From Coriobacteriia bacterium (lineage in GTDB: Bacteria; Actinomycetota; Coriobacteriia; Anaerosomatales; PALSA-660): a stretch of DNA of 64,000 nucleotides. The stretch's first letter is position 1. Every line of letters starts with the position of its first letter. The stretch is taken from positions 6,189-70,188 of the forward strand of contig DATCIG010000008.1 in NCBI GenBank assembly GCA_036507895.1, given 5' to 3'. The notes beneath the pieces were generated by a model, which was not told where the DNA came from, did not search any database, and was given only the letters and a program-made list of their open reading frames with translations. Below are positions 17,892-26,076 of this stretch, in pieces. A program made the translations under genes and the position numbers.

Positions 17892-19268
17892 GTGGAGAAG
17901 TTCTTCAAGTTCGAGGAGCGCGGCACGAACCTACGCACGGAGGTTCTCGCCGGCATCGTCACCTTCATGACGATGGCGTACATCATCTTCGTCAACCCGG
18001 GTCTGCTTTCTGCGGCCTTCGGCGCGACTCCGGCTGCGCAGGCCGCGTGGATCCCCGCGCTGGCCACCGCCACCACGCTGGGCGCAGCCGTCATGTGCAT
18101 CGCCATGGGCATCTTCGCGAACCGTCCGTTCGCACTGGCCTCGGGCATGGGCCTGAACGCCGTCGTCGCCTTCAGCATCATCATCGGCCTGAAGGTGCCG
18201 TGGCAGGTCGGCATGTCCGTCATCTTCGTTGAGGGCCTGGTCATCCTGCTGCTGGTCCTCACGGGCCTGCGCGAGGCGGTCATGAACGCCATCCCGCTGA
18301 ACCTCAAGCGCGCGATCGGCGTCGGCATCGGCCTGTTCATCACCTTCATCGGCCTCGTCGACGGCAAGGTCGTCGTTGCCAACCCCGCGACGCTCGTCGC
18401 GCTCGGCGACTTCACCCAGCCCGCCGTGTGGGTCACCCTGATCGGCGTCATCGCGATCATGGCGTTCATGGCGTTCAAGGTTAAGGGCGACATCCTGTGG
18501 GGCATCTTGGTCGCCACCATCGCGGCCCTGCTGCTCAAGGTGACCCACCTGCCGACCGGCAGCTGGATCGCATCGCTCGACTTCCGCACCTTCGCAGCGC
18601 CGTTCCAGACCATCAATGGCGGCGGTATGGCGATCATGCAGCTGTTCACCGGTGCCCTGGCGCCGACGCTCCTGCTGTTCGTGTTCGCCACGATGCTGTC
18701 GGACTTCTTCGACACCATGGGCACGGTCATCTCGATCGGCGAACAGGCCGGCTTCGTGGACGAAAAGGGTCAGGTTCCCGGCATCAAGAGCATCCTGACG
18801 GTCGACTCCATCGCCGCCGCGGTCGGTGGCTTCTTCGGAGCCAGCTCCATCACCACCTACATCGAGTCCGCCTCCGGCGTTGCTGAGGGCGGCCGCACCG
18901 GCCTCACCTCCATCGTCGTCGGACTTCTGTTCCTGGCCTCCGCGTTCTTCTCCCCGGTGATCGCCATGGTCGGCGGCGCGCTGCCGATCACCGCCGGCGC
19001 TCTCATCATCGTCGGCTTCCTGATGATGGGCACGGTCCGCGAGATCCCGTGGGACGACTTCGAGAACGCCTTCCCGGCGTTCCTGACGATCGTCGGCATT
19101 CCGCTGACCTACAACATCAGCTACGGCATCGGTCTCGGCTTCATCAGCTTCGTGCTGATCAAGCTGTTCCACGGTAAGGCCAAGGAGATCCACTGGCTCA
19201 TGTACGTCGTGAGTGCGCTGTTCATCCTGACCTTCATCATGCCGCTGATCCAGAAGATGGTCGGCTAA
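17892..19268 (+). CDS. NCS2-family purine permease (AzgA/PbuG-like adenine/guanine/hypoxanthine transporter)
   Basis: N-terminus FKFEERGTNLRTEVLAGIVTFMTMAYIIFVNP is typical of the AzgA subfamily; multi-TM throughout. The start is probably GTG 17892 behind GAGGAAGG (the ORF track starts at 17829). Confidence 0.85.
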   Translation: MEKFFKFEERGTNLRTEVLAGIVTFMTMAYIIFVNPGLLSAAFGATPAAQAAWIPALATATTLGAAVMCIAMGIFANRPFALASGMGLNAVVAFSIIIGLKVPWQVGMSVIFVEGLVILLLVLTGLREAVMNAIPLNLKRAIGVGIGLFITFIGLVDGKVVVANPATLVALGDFTQPAVWVTLIGVIAIMAFMAFKVKGDILWGILVATIAALLLKVTHLPTGSWIASLDFRTFAAPFQTINGGGMAIMQLFTGALAPTLLLFVFATMLSDFFDTMGTVISIGEQAGFVDEKGQVPGIKSILTVDSIAAAVGGFFGASSITTYIESASGVAEGGRTGLTSIVVGLLFLASAFFSPVIAMVGGALPITAGALIIVGFLMMGTVREIPWDDFENAFPAFLTIVGIPLTYNISYGIGLGFISFVLIKLFHGKAKEIHWLMYVVSALFILTFIMPLIQKMVG

Positions 19269-19280
19269 CGCACACGCACT

Positions 19281-19317
19281 GGTGCCCGCCTCGAGCTAAC
19301 GGCCCGGGGCGGGCACC
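19281..19317 (+). terminator. 10-bp GC hairpin (GGTGCCCGCC ... GGCGGGCACC) between the two permease genes
   Basis: Seen directly. There is no U-tract, so it could be a terminator or a processing/attenuation element. Confidence 0.4.
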
Positions 19318-19347
19318 GCACAAAGCAAACGGAGGTGGGAGAGTAAC

Positions 19348-20685
19348 GTGGCATTCGATCGAGTGATCCAGACAGACGAGAAGCTACCGATCCTGCAGGC
19401 GATCCCGCTGTCGCTGCAGCATCTGATGGCCATGTTCGGCGCGACCGTCCTCGTACCGATCCTGACCGGACTCGACCCTGGGGTCGGTCTCATGACGTCC
19501 GGTATCGGCACTATCCTCTATCTCATCTGCACCCGGAACAAGATCCCGAGCTACCTCGGTTCGAGCTTCGCGTTCATCGGGCCGCTGATCGCCGTCGGTG
19601 GCGGCGCGGCCGCGATCGCCGCGGGCAAGGGCAACCTGCCTGCGGCTCTGGGCGGGCTTGTCGCCGCCGGTGTGGTCTACATGATCGTTGCCGGATTCGT
19701 GAAGGCGTTCGGCACCGGCTGGCTCAACAAGCTGCTTCCGCCGGCGCTGGTGGGTGCGGTCGTCATCGTCATCGGACTCGGCCTCTCGGCCACCGCCGTG
19801 AAGATGTCGCTGTATCCGTTCGCTGACGCCACCAAGGCGATGGAGCCCAAGCTCTTGCTGGTCGCCTTCATCACCCTGGCATCGGCGATCATCTTCTCCT
19901 CGTACTTCAAGGGTTTCATGAAGACGATCCCCGTGCTGATGGGCGTCGTGGTCGGCTACATCGTCTCGATCCCGCTCGGACTGGTCGACTTCACGAACAT
20001 CTCCAAGGCCGCCTGGATCGGGCTGCCGAACGTGACGTTCCCGACGTTCGATCTGGGCGCCATCCTGATCATCGCCCCGGTCGCGTTCGTGGTCATCGTC
20101 GAGCACATCGGCCACCTGCTCGTCATCAACGAGATCACCGGCAAGGACTTCACGCCGATGCTTCCCGAGTCGCTCTTCGGCGACGGACTCGCAACGGCCA
20201 TCTCCGGCGCGCTCGGCGGCACCCCGTCCACCACGTACGCCGAGAACATCGGCGTCATGGCGGTCACGAAGGTCTACGCCACGCAGCTCTTCTGGTACGC
20301 GGGCGGCTTCGCGTTCCTCATCGGCGGGTTCATCCCGAAGGTGAACGAAGCGATCAAATCGATCCCGACCCCTGTCATGGGCGGCATCTCGCTGCTGCTG
20401 TTCGGCCTCATCGCCAGCAGCGGCTTGCGGCTGCTCGTCAAGAGCGGCATCGACTACAGCCACAGCCGTAACCTCATCATGTCGAGCGTCGTGCTCGTGA
20501 TCGGTATCGGCATGGAGACCGGCGGCTTCGTGATCCCGCTCGGCAAGTACGCGGTGCCGGGTATGGCTCTCGCAACGCTCATCGGCGTCATCCTCAACCT
20601 GATCCTGCCGAAGGAGTCGGAGGGCCTCGCACTGGATGCCCCGGACTTCACGGCCGGCATCCAGGAGGAGTCAGCGGGCAAGTAG
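19348..20685 (+). CDS. NCS2-family uracil/xanthine permease (UraA/PyrP-like)
   Basis: LPILQAIPLSLQHLMAMFGATVLVPILTG and ...YAENIGVMAVTKV... are typical of uracil-xanthine permeases. GTG start. Confidence 0.85.
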   Translation: MAFDRVIQTDEKLPILQAIPLSLQHLMAMFGATVLVPILTGLDPGVGLMTSGIGTILYLICTRNKIPSYLGSSFAFIGPLIAVGGGAAAIAAGKGNLPAALGGLVAAGVVYMIVAGFVKAFGTGWLNKLLPPALVGAVVIVIGLGLSATAVKMSLYPFADATKAMEPKLLLVAFITLASAIIFSSYFKGFMKTIPVLMGVVVGYIVSIPLGLVDFTNISKAAWIGLPNVTFPTFDLGAILIIAPVAFVVIVEHIGHLLVINEITGKDFTPMLPESLFGDGLATAISGALGGTPSTTYAENIGVMAVTKVYATQLFWYAGGFAFLIGGFIPKVNEAIKSIPTPVMGGISLLLFGLIASSGLRLLVKSGIDYSHSRNLIMSSVVLVIGIGMETGGFVIPLGKYAVPGMALATLIGVILNLILPKESEGLALDAPDFTAGIQEESAGK

Positions 20686-20741
20686 CCGCACCAATATGGC
20701 GAAGACGCGCCGCGACCGACGCAGGCGCGCTTTGACGCAAA

Positions 20742-20784
20742 GATCGGCCCCGGACTGCGGCTCAACCGCGGCCCGGGGCCGATC
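20742..20784. terminator. Very stable hairpin: 12-bp perfect outer stem GATCGGCCCCGG / CCGGGGCCGATC plus a 6-bp inner stem (one G-U pair), 5-nt loop. Possibly a bidirectional terminator.
   Basis: Seen directly, 57 nt after the permease stop. Followed by agcaTTTcc on the + strand and TTTgcg on the - strand. Confidence 0.6.
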
Positions 20785-20793
20785 AGCATTTCC

Positions 20794-20821
20794 GGCGACG
20801 CACGCATTCGCGCGCGTCGCC
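20794..20821. other. Second hairpin (GGCGACGC - 12 nt - GCGTCGCC) in the 310-bp non-coding gap
   Basis: Seen directly. Confidence 0.5.
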
Positions 20822-20902
20822 CACACGGGATTTGCCGTCGGAGATGCAACACTCACGCTCGGCAGCTCCCCCGCGCTCGTTCCCTCTTGCCCTTTACGCC
20901 TG

Positions 20903-20930
20903 ATAATACATCTTATGTAAAGTTACTTGA
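20903..20930 (-). promoter_or_regulatory. AT-rich motif copy B (minus strand reads TCAAGT-aac-TTTACATAAGA-TGTATTATC). Possible promoter TCAAGT-N16-TATTAT pointing toward 20742.
   Basis: Inverted copy of the 17757-17786 motif, with the exact 11-mer TTTACATAAGA and TCAAGT. Confidence 0.4.
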
Positions 20931-20995
20931 ACGGCACCATCCCCCGGCACTAAAACGTCTTGCAAAGGGCGCACACCTTGCGACCCGCGAGCGGC

Positions 20996-21304
20996 CTATG
21001 CCTCTGCCGGGAAATAACGTTCCTCGAACTCCGCACGTGTAAGCCCGGTGAGGTCCGCTGCCGCCATCCCAAGCGCTTCGTGGGCATCACCGGCACTCTC
21101 GAACAGTCCGAGTGACGTGACGTCCTCCTCGTTGCCGAGTGCCACCGCCTCGACCTGGAAGACCTCGTACTCCGCAGGGGCCTCGGTCTTCGGACTCCGA
21201 TAGAGGATGTCCTCTCTCCATTCGAAGGCGGGACTGTCGACCCCATCGAGATGCATGAGCCGTACTCGATAGAAGTCGCTTGCTGCTCCGATACCGGTAC
21301 CCAT
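20996..21304 (-). CDS. Small acidic hypothetical protein
   Basis: 102-aa ORF 20 nt downstream of the SH3 gene on the same strand. No motif recognised. Coding status is inferred from position and the absence of competing frames. Confidence 0.4.
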   Translation of the reverse strand: MGTGIGAASDFYRVRLMHLDGVDSPAFEWREDILYRSPKTEAPAEYEVFQVEAVALGNEEDVTSLGLFESAGDAHEALGMAAADLTGLTRAEFEERYFPAEA

Positions 21305-21324
21305 CCGCGGTGCCCTTTCTCCGT

Positions 21325-21744
21325 CTACTGTTTACGGATCTCGACGCTTTGCGCCGAGTTCGCGACCCAACCGATGCGTCCGGCCGGGTCCTTCACCTGC
21401 AACCACTTGTCCGTACGGCTGAGGACCTGGAGCTTCGCACCTTTCGCAAAGGTCGTGATCACATCTGCTCCCGCCGCGGCGGTGAGTCGCAGCTGCAGGC
21501 CATCCAGGCGCGTAACAGCGACGGTATCCGTCACGATCGTGGCGGCAGTCGGCCCCGCGGATGACGTGGCACTGATCGCCCCCGTCGTAGGCGGCGCGAT
21601 GGCAGCCCGGCGAAGCGCACTCTGAAAGCCCGTGACGATCAGGGATGCTACGAGAACGAGAACGAACAACACCAGCCACGGCGTCACATATCGCAGAGTG
21701 GCTGCTCCCGACCCGGGCTGCTCAGCTTCATTGATCCCATTCAT
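21325..21744 (-). CDS. Membrane-anchored bacterial SH3-domain protein
   Basis: TM helix (WLVLFVLVLVASLIVTG), Ala/Thr-rich linker, C-terminal SH3_3-like segment (...GAKLQVLSRTDKWLQVKDPAGRIGWV...). ATG 21744 behind GAGGGGG. Confidence 0.6.
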   Translation of the reverse strand: MNGINEAEQPGSGAATLRYVTPWLVLFVLVLVASLIVTGFQSALRRAAIAPPTTGAISATSSAGPTAATIVTDTVAVTRLDGLQLRLTAAAGADVITTFAKGAKLQVLSRTDKWLQVKDPAGRIGWVANSAQSVEIRKQ

Positions 21745-21786
21745 GCTCGTCCGCCCCCTCGAACCGCACAAGCATCAGGCCGGGCG

Positions 21787-23088
21787 TCATCCCAGGACGC
21801 GATTGTCGACCACGCGTCGGGCCTTCCCCACCGTCCGCTCGATCGTACCCGGTTCGACCAAGGTCACCTTGGCCGACAGCCCCAGCACGCTACTGAGTCT
21901 ATCCGATACATTCCCCGTGAACTCGACCATATCCGCCATAACATCAGAGAAGATCTCCTCGGCGACTTCGATGCGGACCTCCATGCGGTCCATACCGTGC
22001 TGCCGCTCCAGCACGATCTGGTAGTGCGGAGCAACGCCCTCGATCTTGAGCAGCACGTCCTCGACCTGGCTGGGATACACATTCACGCCGCGGACGATCA
22101 ACATATCGTCGGTACGATGGCGCACCTGATGCATGCGCGTGAGCGTTCGCCCACAAGCGCACGGCGTGCTGTCCAGCGAGGTCAGATCGTGCGTCCGGTA
22201 TCTCAGGACCGGGAATGCCTCCTTGGTGAGCGAGGTGATGACCAGCTCACCCTGCTCCCCCTCACCGAGCGTCTCGCCGGTGACCGGATCGACGATCTCG
22301 GCCAGGAAGTGGTCCTCGTTGAGGTGTAGGCCGCAGCGGCATTCGCACTCACCCGACACGCCCGGACCCATCACCTCCGTGAGCCCGTAGTTGTCGGTGG
22401 CCCTGATGTGAAGGCGCCGTTCGATCTCCGCGCGCATCCCCTCGCCGCAAGGTTCCCCGCCGAACAGCCCGACCGACAATGGCAACGCGGCGAAGTCGAC
22501 CCCCGCCCTCTCCCCCACCTCGGCGAGGTACAGAGCGTAGCTCGGAGTCGAAACGAGCGCCGTTGTGCCAAAATCTCTCATCATCATGAGGTGCCGCTCG
22601 GTGTTGCCGGAGCCGGCAGGGATCACCGCCGCTCCGATCCGCTCGATCCCGTAGTGCATCCCCCACCCCCCGGTGAACATGCCGTAGAGGAATGCCATCT
22701 GGACGCGATCGCCGGGTGAGATCCCCGCGGCGGCCGCCACGCGTGCCGTGCACTCGGTCCACGTGTCGAGGTCACCACGCGTGTATCCCACAACGATGGG
22801 ATTGCCGGTGGTTCCCGAACTCGAGTGCAAGCGTACGATCTGGTCGATCGGCACGGCGAACATCCCGAAGGGGTAGGTGTCGCGCAACGCCGTCTTGTCG
22901 GTGAACGGAAGGAGCTCGACGTCTTGAAGGCTCACGATATCGCGAGGGCAGACGCCTCTCTCGTCGAGAGCGTCGCGATAGTAGGGCACGCGCTCATAGA
23001 GCCACGCGACCGTGGTCTGCAGTCGCCGCAGCTGCAAGGAGCGCATCGCTCCGCGCTCCATCGTCTCGTGTTCGAGGTTCCAGATCAT
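21787..23088 (-). CDS. paaK: Phenylacetate-CoA ligase family (PaaK-like aryl-acetate/CoA ligase), copy 1
   Basis: [28 protein letters not shown], and typical C-terminal GKARRVVD. Start refined to ATG 23088. Confidence 0.85.
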   Translation of the reverse strand: MIWNLEHETMERGAMRSLQLRRLQTTVAWLYERVPYYRDALDERGVCPRDIVSLQDVELLPFTDKTALRDTYPFGMFAVPIDQIVRLHSSSGTTGNPIVVGYTRGDLDTWTECTARVAAAAGISPGDRVQMAFLYGMFTGGWGMHYGIERIGAAVIPAGSGNTERHLMMMRDFGTTALVSTPSYALYLAEVGERAGVDFAALPLSVGLFGGEPCGEGMRAEIERRLHIRATDNYGLTEVMGPGVSGECECRCGLHLNEDHFLAEIVDPVTGETLGEGEQGELVITSLTKEAFPVLRYRTHDLTSLDSTPCACGRTLTRMHQVRHRTDDMLIVRGVNVYPSQVEDVLLKIEGVAPHYQIVLERQHGMDRMEVRIEVAEEIFSDVMADMVEFTGNVSDRLSSVLGLSAKVTLVEPGTIERTVGKARRVVDNRVLG

Positions 23089-23198
23089 CGCACGGCCTGC
23101 CCCCTGTCCCCTCGCCGGCACCATTCCACGCGCCAGGACCCCGGCCCCGGGCACCCGGAAGGGGTCACAGCGCACCGGGCAGCCAACGGCGCCTGACG

Positions 23199-23618
23199 TC
23201 AGGTCGCAGCGATCTCCTCTTGCTCGACGAGCCTGACCGGGCTGCCCTTGAGCAACGCGACGGCGCGTCCCGTGTGTGCGACGTTGAGCACCACGTAGGT
23301 GCCGATCAGGGAATAGACGTACTCGATGTTGACCCCCGCTTCGGACACGATCTTGAGAACGGAGGACAGCCCGCCGGGATGATCGGGCAGGTCGACGCAG
23401 ATGACGCCCGTCTCCCGCACGGTGAACCCCGCTTCGCGAAGCAGCACCGCCGCCTCGGCCGGCTTGTCGACGATCAGACGAAGGATCCCGTATTCAGCGG
23501 TATCGGAGACCGAGAAGCCGCGGATGTTGATACCCGCCTTCCCGAGGATCCTCGTGACCTCGGAGACGCGTCCGGCCTCATTGGCGATGAACACGGACAG
23601 TTGGATGACTTCGCTCAC
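23199..23618 (-). CDS. Tandem ACT-domain protein, copy 1
   Basis: 139 aa with two repeats of the ACT pattern (LSVFIANEAGRVSEVTRILGKAGINIRGFSV...; VICVDLPDHPGGLSSVLKIVSEAGVNIEY). GTG start abuts the iorB stop. Confidence 0.75.
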   Translation of the reverse strand: MSEVIQLSVFIANEAGRVSEVTRILGKAGINIRGFSVSDTAEYGILRLIVDKPAEAAVLLREAGFTVRETGVICVDLPDHPGGLSSVLKIVSEAGVNIEYVYSLIGTYVVLNVAHTGRAVALLKGSPVRLVEQEEIAAT

Positions 23619-24206
23619 CTAGCCACACTCCCCTTCCTGACAGGCCGCACGACCGAGTTCGAAGGCGGCCAGATTCCCGTCCACGGTCTTCGGCGGCACG
23701 CGCGCCGCGATGACATCCCTCCACACCTCTACGGGGAACGGCAGACCGACCGACAACGCGCCGAGCAACACGATGTTCGCGCTGCGGGGGGATCCCGCCA
23801 CGCAGGCGATCTCTTCGGCGTCCAGGAACACGGCGCCTTCGTACGCCAAGGCCGCTTCGACACCGGTCGGCGCGGCTTCCTCGCCGATCAGAACGGGCAG
23901 CGGCGCGATCATGCGATTGTTGACCACGAGACGCCCCAGAGGCTTGCAGTAGTGGAGCCAGCGGGCGGCCTCCAGCAACTCGAACGCGACCAGATGGTCC
24001 GCGCCTCCTGCATCGATCGTCGGCGAGAAGACGCGCTCGCCGAAACGCACGATCGTATCGACACTTCCGCCGCGCTGCGACATCCCGTGCACCTCGGCGA
24101 GCTTCACGTCGAGGCCAGCCGCGGCGGCGACCTTCGCAAGCACGTCCGCAGCAAGGATCGTCCCCTGGCCGCCCACACCCACCAGCATCACCGAGGTCAC
24201 GTTCAT
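23619..24206 (-). CDS. iorB: Indolepyruvate:ferredoxin oxidoreductase beta subunit
   Basis: MLVGVGGQGTILAADVLA...HGMSQRGGSV. Start refined to ATG 24206, overlapping the iorA stop (ATGA). Confidence 0.85.
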   Translation of the reverse strand: MNVTSVMLVGVGGQGTILAADVLAKVAAAAGLDVKLAEVHGMSQRGGSVDTIVRFGERVFSPTIDAGGADHLVAFELLEAARWLHYCKPLGRLVVNNRMIAPLPVLIGEEAAPTGVEAALAYEGAVFLDAEEIACVAGSPRSANIVLLGALSVGLPFPVEVWRDVIAARVPPKTVDGNLAAFELGRAACQEGECG

Positions 24207-26026
24207 GCGCCCATCCCTATGTCGCACGAGCGTCCCGTTCTCACGATCGCGCCGTAGCTGCAGACCTGCACGCACTGACGGCAACCGACGCACACTTCGA
24301 CATCGATCTGGGCTCGGCTGTTGGCGTCCTTGCTGATGGCCGGACAGCCGAGACGGACGCAGGCGCCGCAGGCGGTGCACGACTCCTCTTCGACCGCGAA
24401 GGGATCGGGCTTATCGCGCAACAGGAGTGCACACGGCGCACGGGCGATCACGACCGACACACCGCCGGATCCGACCGCCCGCTGCAGCGCCTTCTCTGTT
24501 GGTTTGAACAGATTCGGGTTCACGGTCTGCACGTCGGTGACCCCGAGCGCGCGGACCACTGTCTCGATGTCGATCTCGGGCGCCGAGGAACCGGCGAGCG
24601 TCCGCCCGGTGAACGGGTTGTCCTGGTGCCCGGTCATCGCGGTGATCCGGTTGTCGAGTACGACGATCGTCTCGGCGCCACCGTTGTACACAGCATCGAG
24701 CACGCCGGTCAGACCGGAATGGGCGAATGTCGAATCGCCGATGACGGCCACGACGGGTCGACCGGCCGGCTCATCGCCCGCGAGCGCGAAACCGTGCGCC
24801 ATCCCGATCGAAGCGCCCATGCACACGCAGCTGTCCATCGCACCGAGCGGCGGCAGGGCCGCGAGTGTGTAGCAGCCGATGTCACCCGTCACGACCGCGT
24901 TCATCTCGCGCAACGCATGGAAGACGCCGCGATGAGGGCAACCGGGGCACAGCATCGGAGGTCGAGGAGGAAGATCACCCATCGGCTCGCGGGTCTCGGG
25001 CGCTTCGGCCCCGAACACCGCGGCCACCACTCCCGGGCTGAGCTCCCCTATCCGCGGCAGTGAGGTGGATTCGACAGAGATGCCCATGGCGCGCACGGCG
25101 TCCAGCAGATACGGATCGAGCTCCTCGACCACGAAGAGTTTTGCGACCTCGGCCGCAAAAGAGCGTATCCGGTCCTCGGGCAGGGGGAACGTCATGCCGA
25201 GCTTGAGGGTCGAAGCATCCGGGAGCGCCTCGCGAACGTACTGGTGAACGACACCGGAGGTGATGACACCCATCGACTTGTCACGCAGCTCCTCGAGCGT
25301 GAAGGCACAGGCCTCGCTCTGCTGACGGGCGCGTGCGATGCGGCGCTCGAGGTCGACGTGGCGGACCTTGGCGGCGCCGGGCATCATGACCCACTTGGGT
25401 CGAGAGGTACGGTAATGGACCCGATCGGCCGCCGTGCGCTCGCCGCATTCGACAAGACCCTTGGCGTGCGACAAGCGGGTGGTGGAGCGGAGAAGTACCG
25501 GCATGTCGAGCGCCTCGGAGAGCGCGAATGCCTCGCGCATCATCTCCAGCGCCTCAGGGCTGTCGCTCGGCTCGAGAACGACGACCTTCGCGAACGGTCC
25601 CCAGCGACGGCTGTCCTGCTCGTTCTGCGACGAGTGCATCCCCGGATCGTCGGCGACGACGATCACAAGACCGCCCCCGACTCCGGTGTAGGCGACGGTC
25701 ATGAGCGGATCCGCCGCGACGTTCAGCCCCACGTGCTTCATCGTGACCAAGGCACGCGCACCGGCCATGCTCGCCCCGATCGCCACCTCGAGCGCGACCT
25801 TCTCATTGGGCGCCCACTCGCAGGTCACATCCGACTTGCGCACGAGGTTCTCAAGGATCTCGGTGGAGGGAGTCCCCGGATAGCCCACCGCGACCACCAC
25901 GCCGGCCTCCCAGGCCCCCTGCGCGATCGCTTCGTTGCCTGACAGCAGTGCGGGCACGGGCGGGTATCCTTCCGTGATGAGCGCATCGATGATGCTGCCT
26001 GATACGGGTGCGACGGATTCTACCAT
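24203..26026 (-). CDS. iorA: Indolepyruvate:ferredoxin oxidoreductase alpha subunit (TPP- and 2x[4Fe-4S]-binding)
   Basis: GYPGTPSTEILE, TPP motif GDSTFAHSG, C-terminal ferredoxin cysteines CTACGACV...C and CVGCRQCVQVC. Start refined to ATG 26026. Confidence 0.85.
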   Translation of the reverse strand: MVESVAPVSGSIIDALITEGYPPVPALLSGNEAIAQGAWEAGVVVAVGYPGTPSTEILENLVRKSDVTCEWAPNEKVALEVAIGASMAGARALVTMKHVGLNVAADPLMTVAYTGVGGGLVIVVADDPGMHSSQNEQDSRRWGPFAKVVVLEPSDSPEALEMMREAFALSEALDMPVLLRSTTRLSHAKGLVECGERTAADRVHYRTSRPKWVMMPGAAKVRHVDLERRIARARQQSEACAFTLEELRDKSMGVITSGVVHQYVREALPDASTLKLGMTFPLPEDRIRSFAAEVAKLFVVEELDPYLLDAVRAMGISVESTSLPRIGELSPGVVAAVFGAEAPETREPMGDLPPRPPMLCPGCPHRGVFHALREMNAVVTGDIGCYTLAALPPLGAMDSCVCMGASIGMAHGFALAGDEPAGRPVVAVIGDSTFAHSGLTGVLDAVYNGGAETIVVLDNRITAMTGHQDNPFTGRTLAGSSAPEIDIETVVRALGVTDVQTVNPNLFKPTEKALQRAVGSGGVSVVIARAPCALLLRDKPDPFAVEEESCTACGACVRLGCPAISKDANSRAQIDVEVCVGCRQCVQVCSYGAIVRTGRSCDIGMGA

Positions 26027-26076
26027 AGGGTCTATGCAGGTCAGACGGTCGTGCGGGACGCAAGAACAGGTTGCGC

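Noticed and set aside
20636-20920. 94-aa + strand ORF (with an internal MAKTRRDRRRR... start) and 61-132-aa minus-strand ORFs in the permease-downstream gap.
   Set aside because: They are Arg-rich, lack an RBS, and run straight through two strong hairpins. They overlap the permease 3' end, so I treated the region as non-coding.
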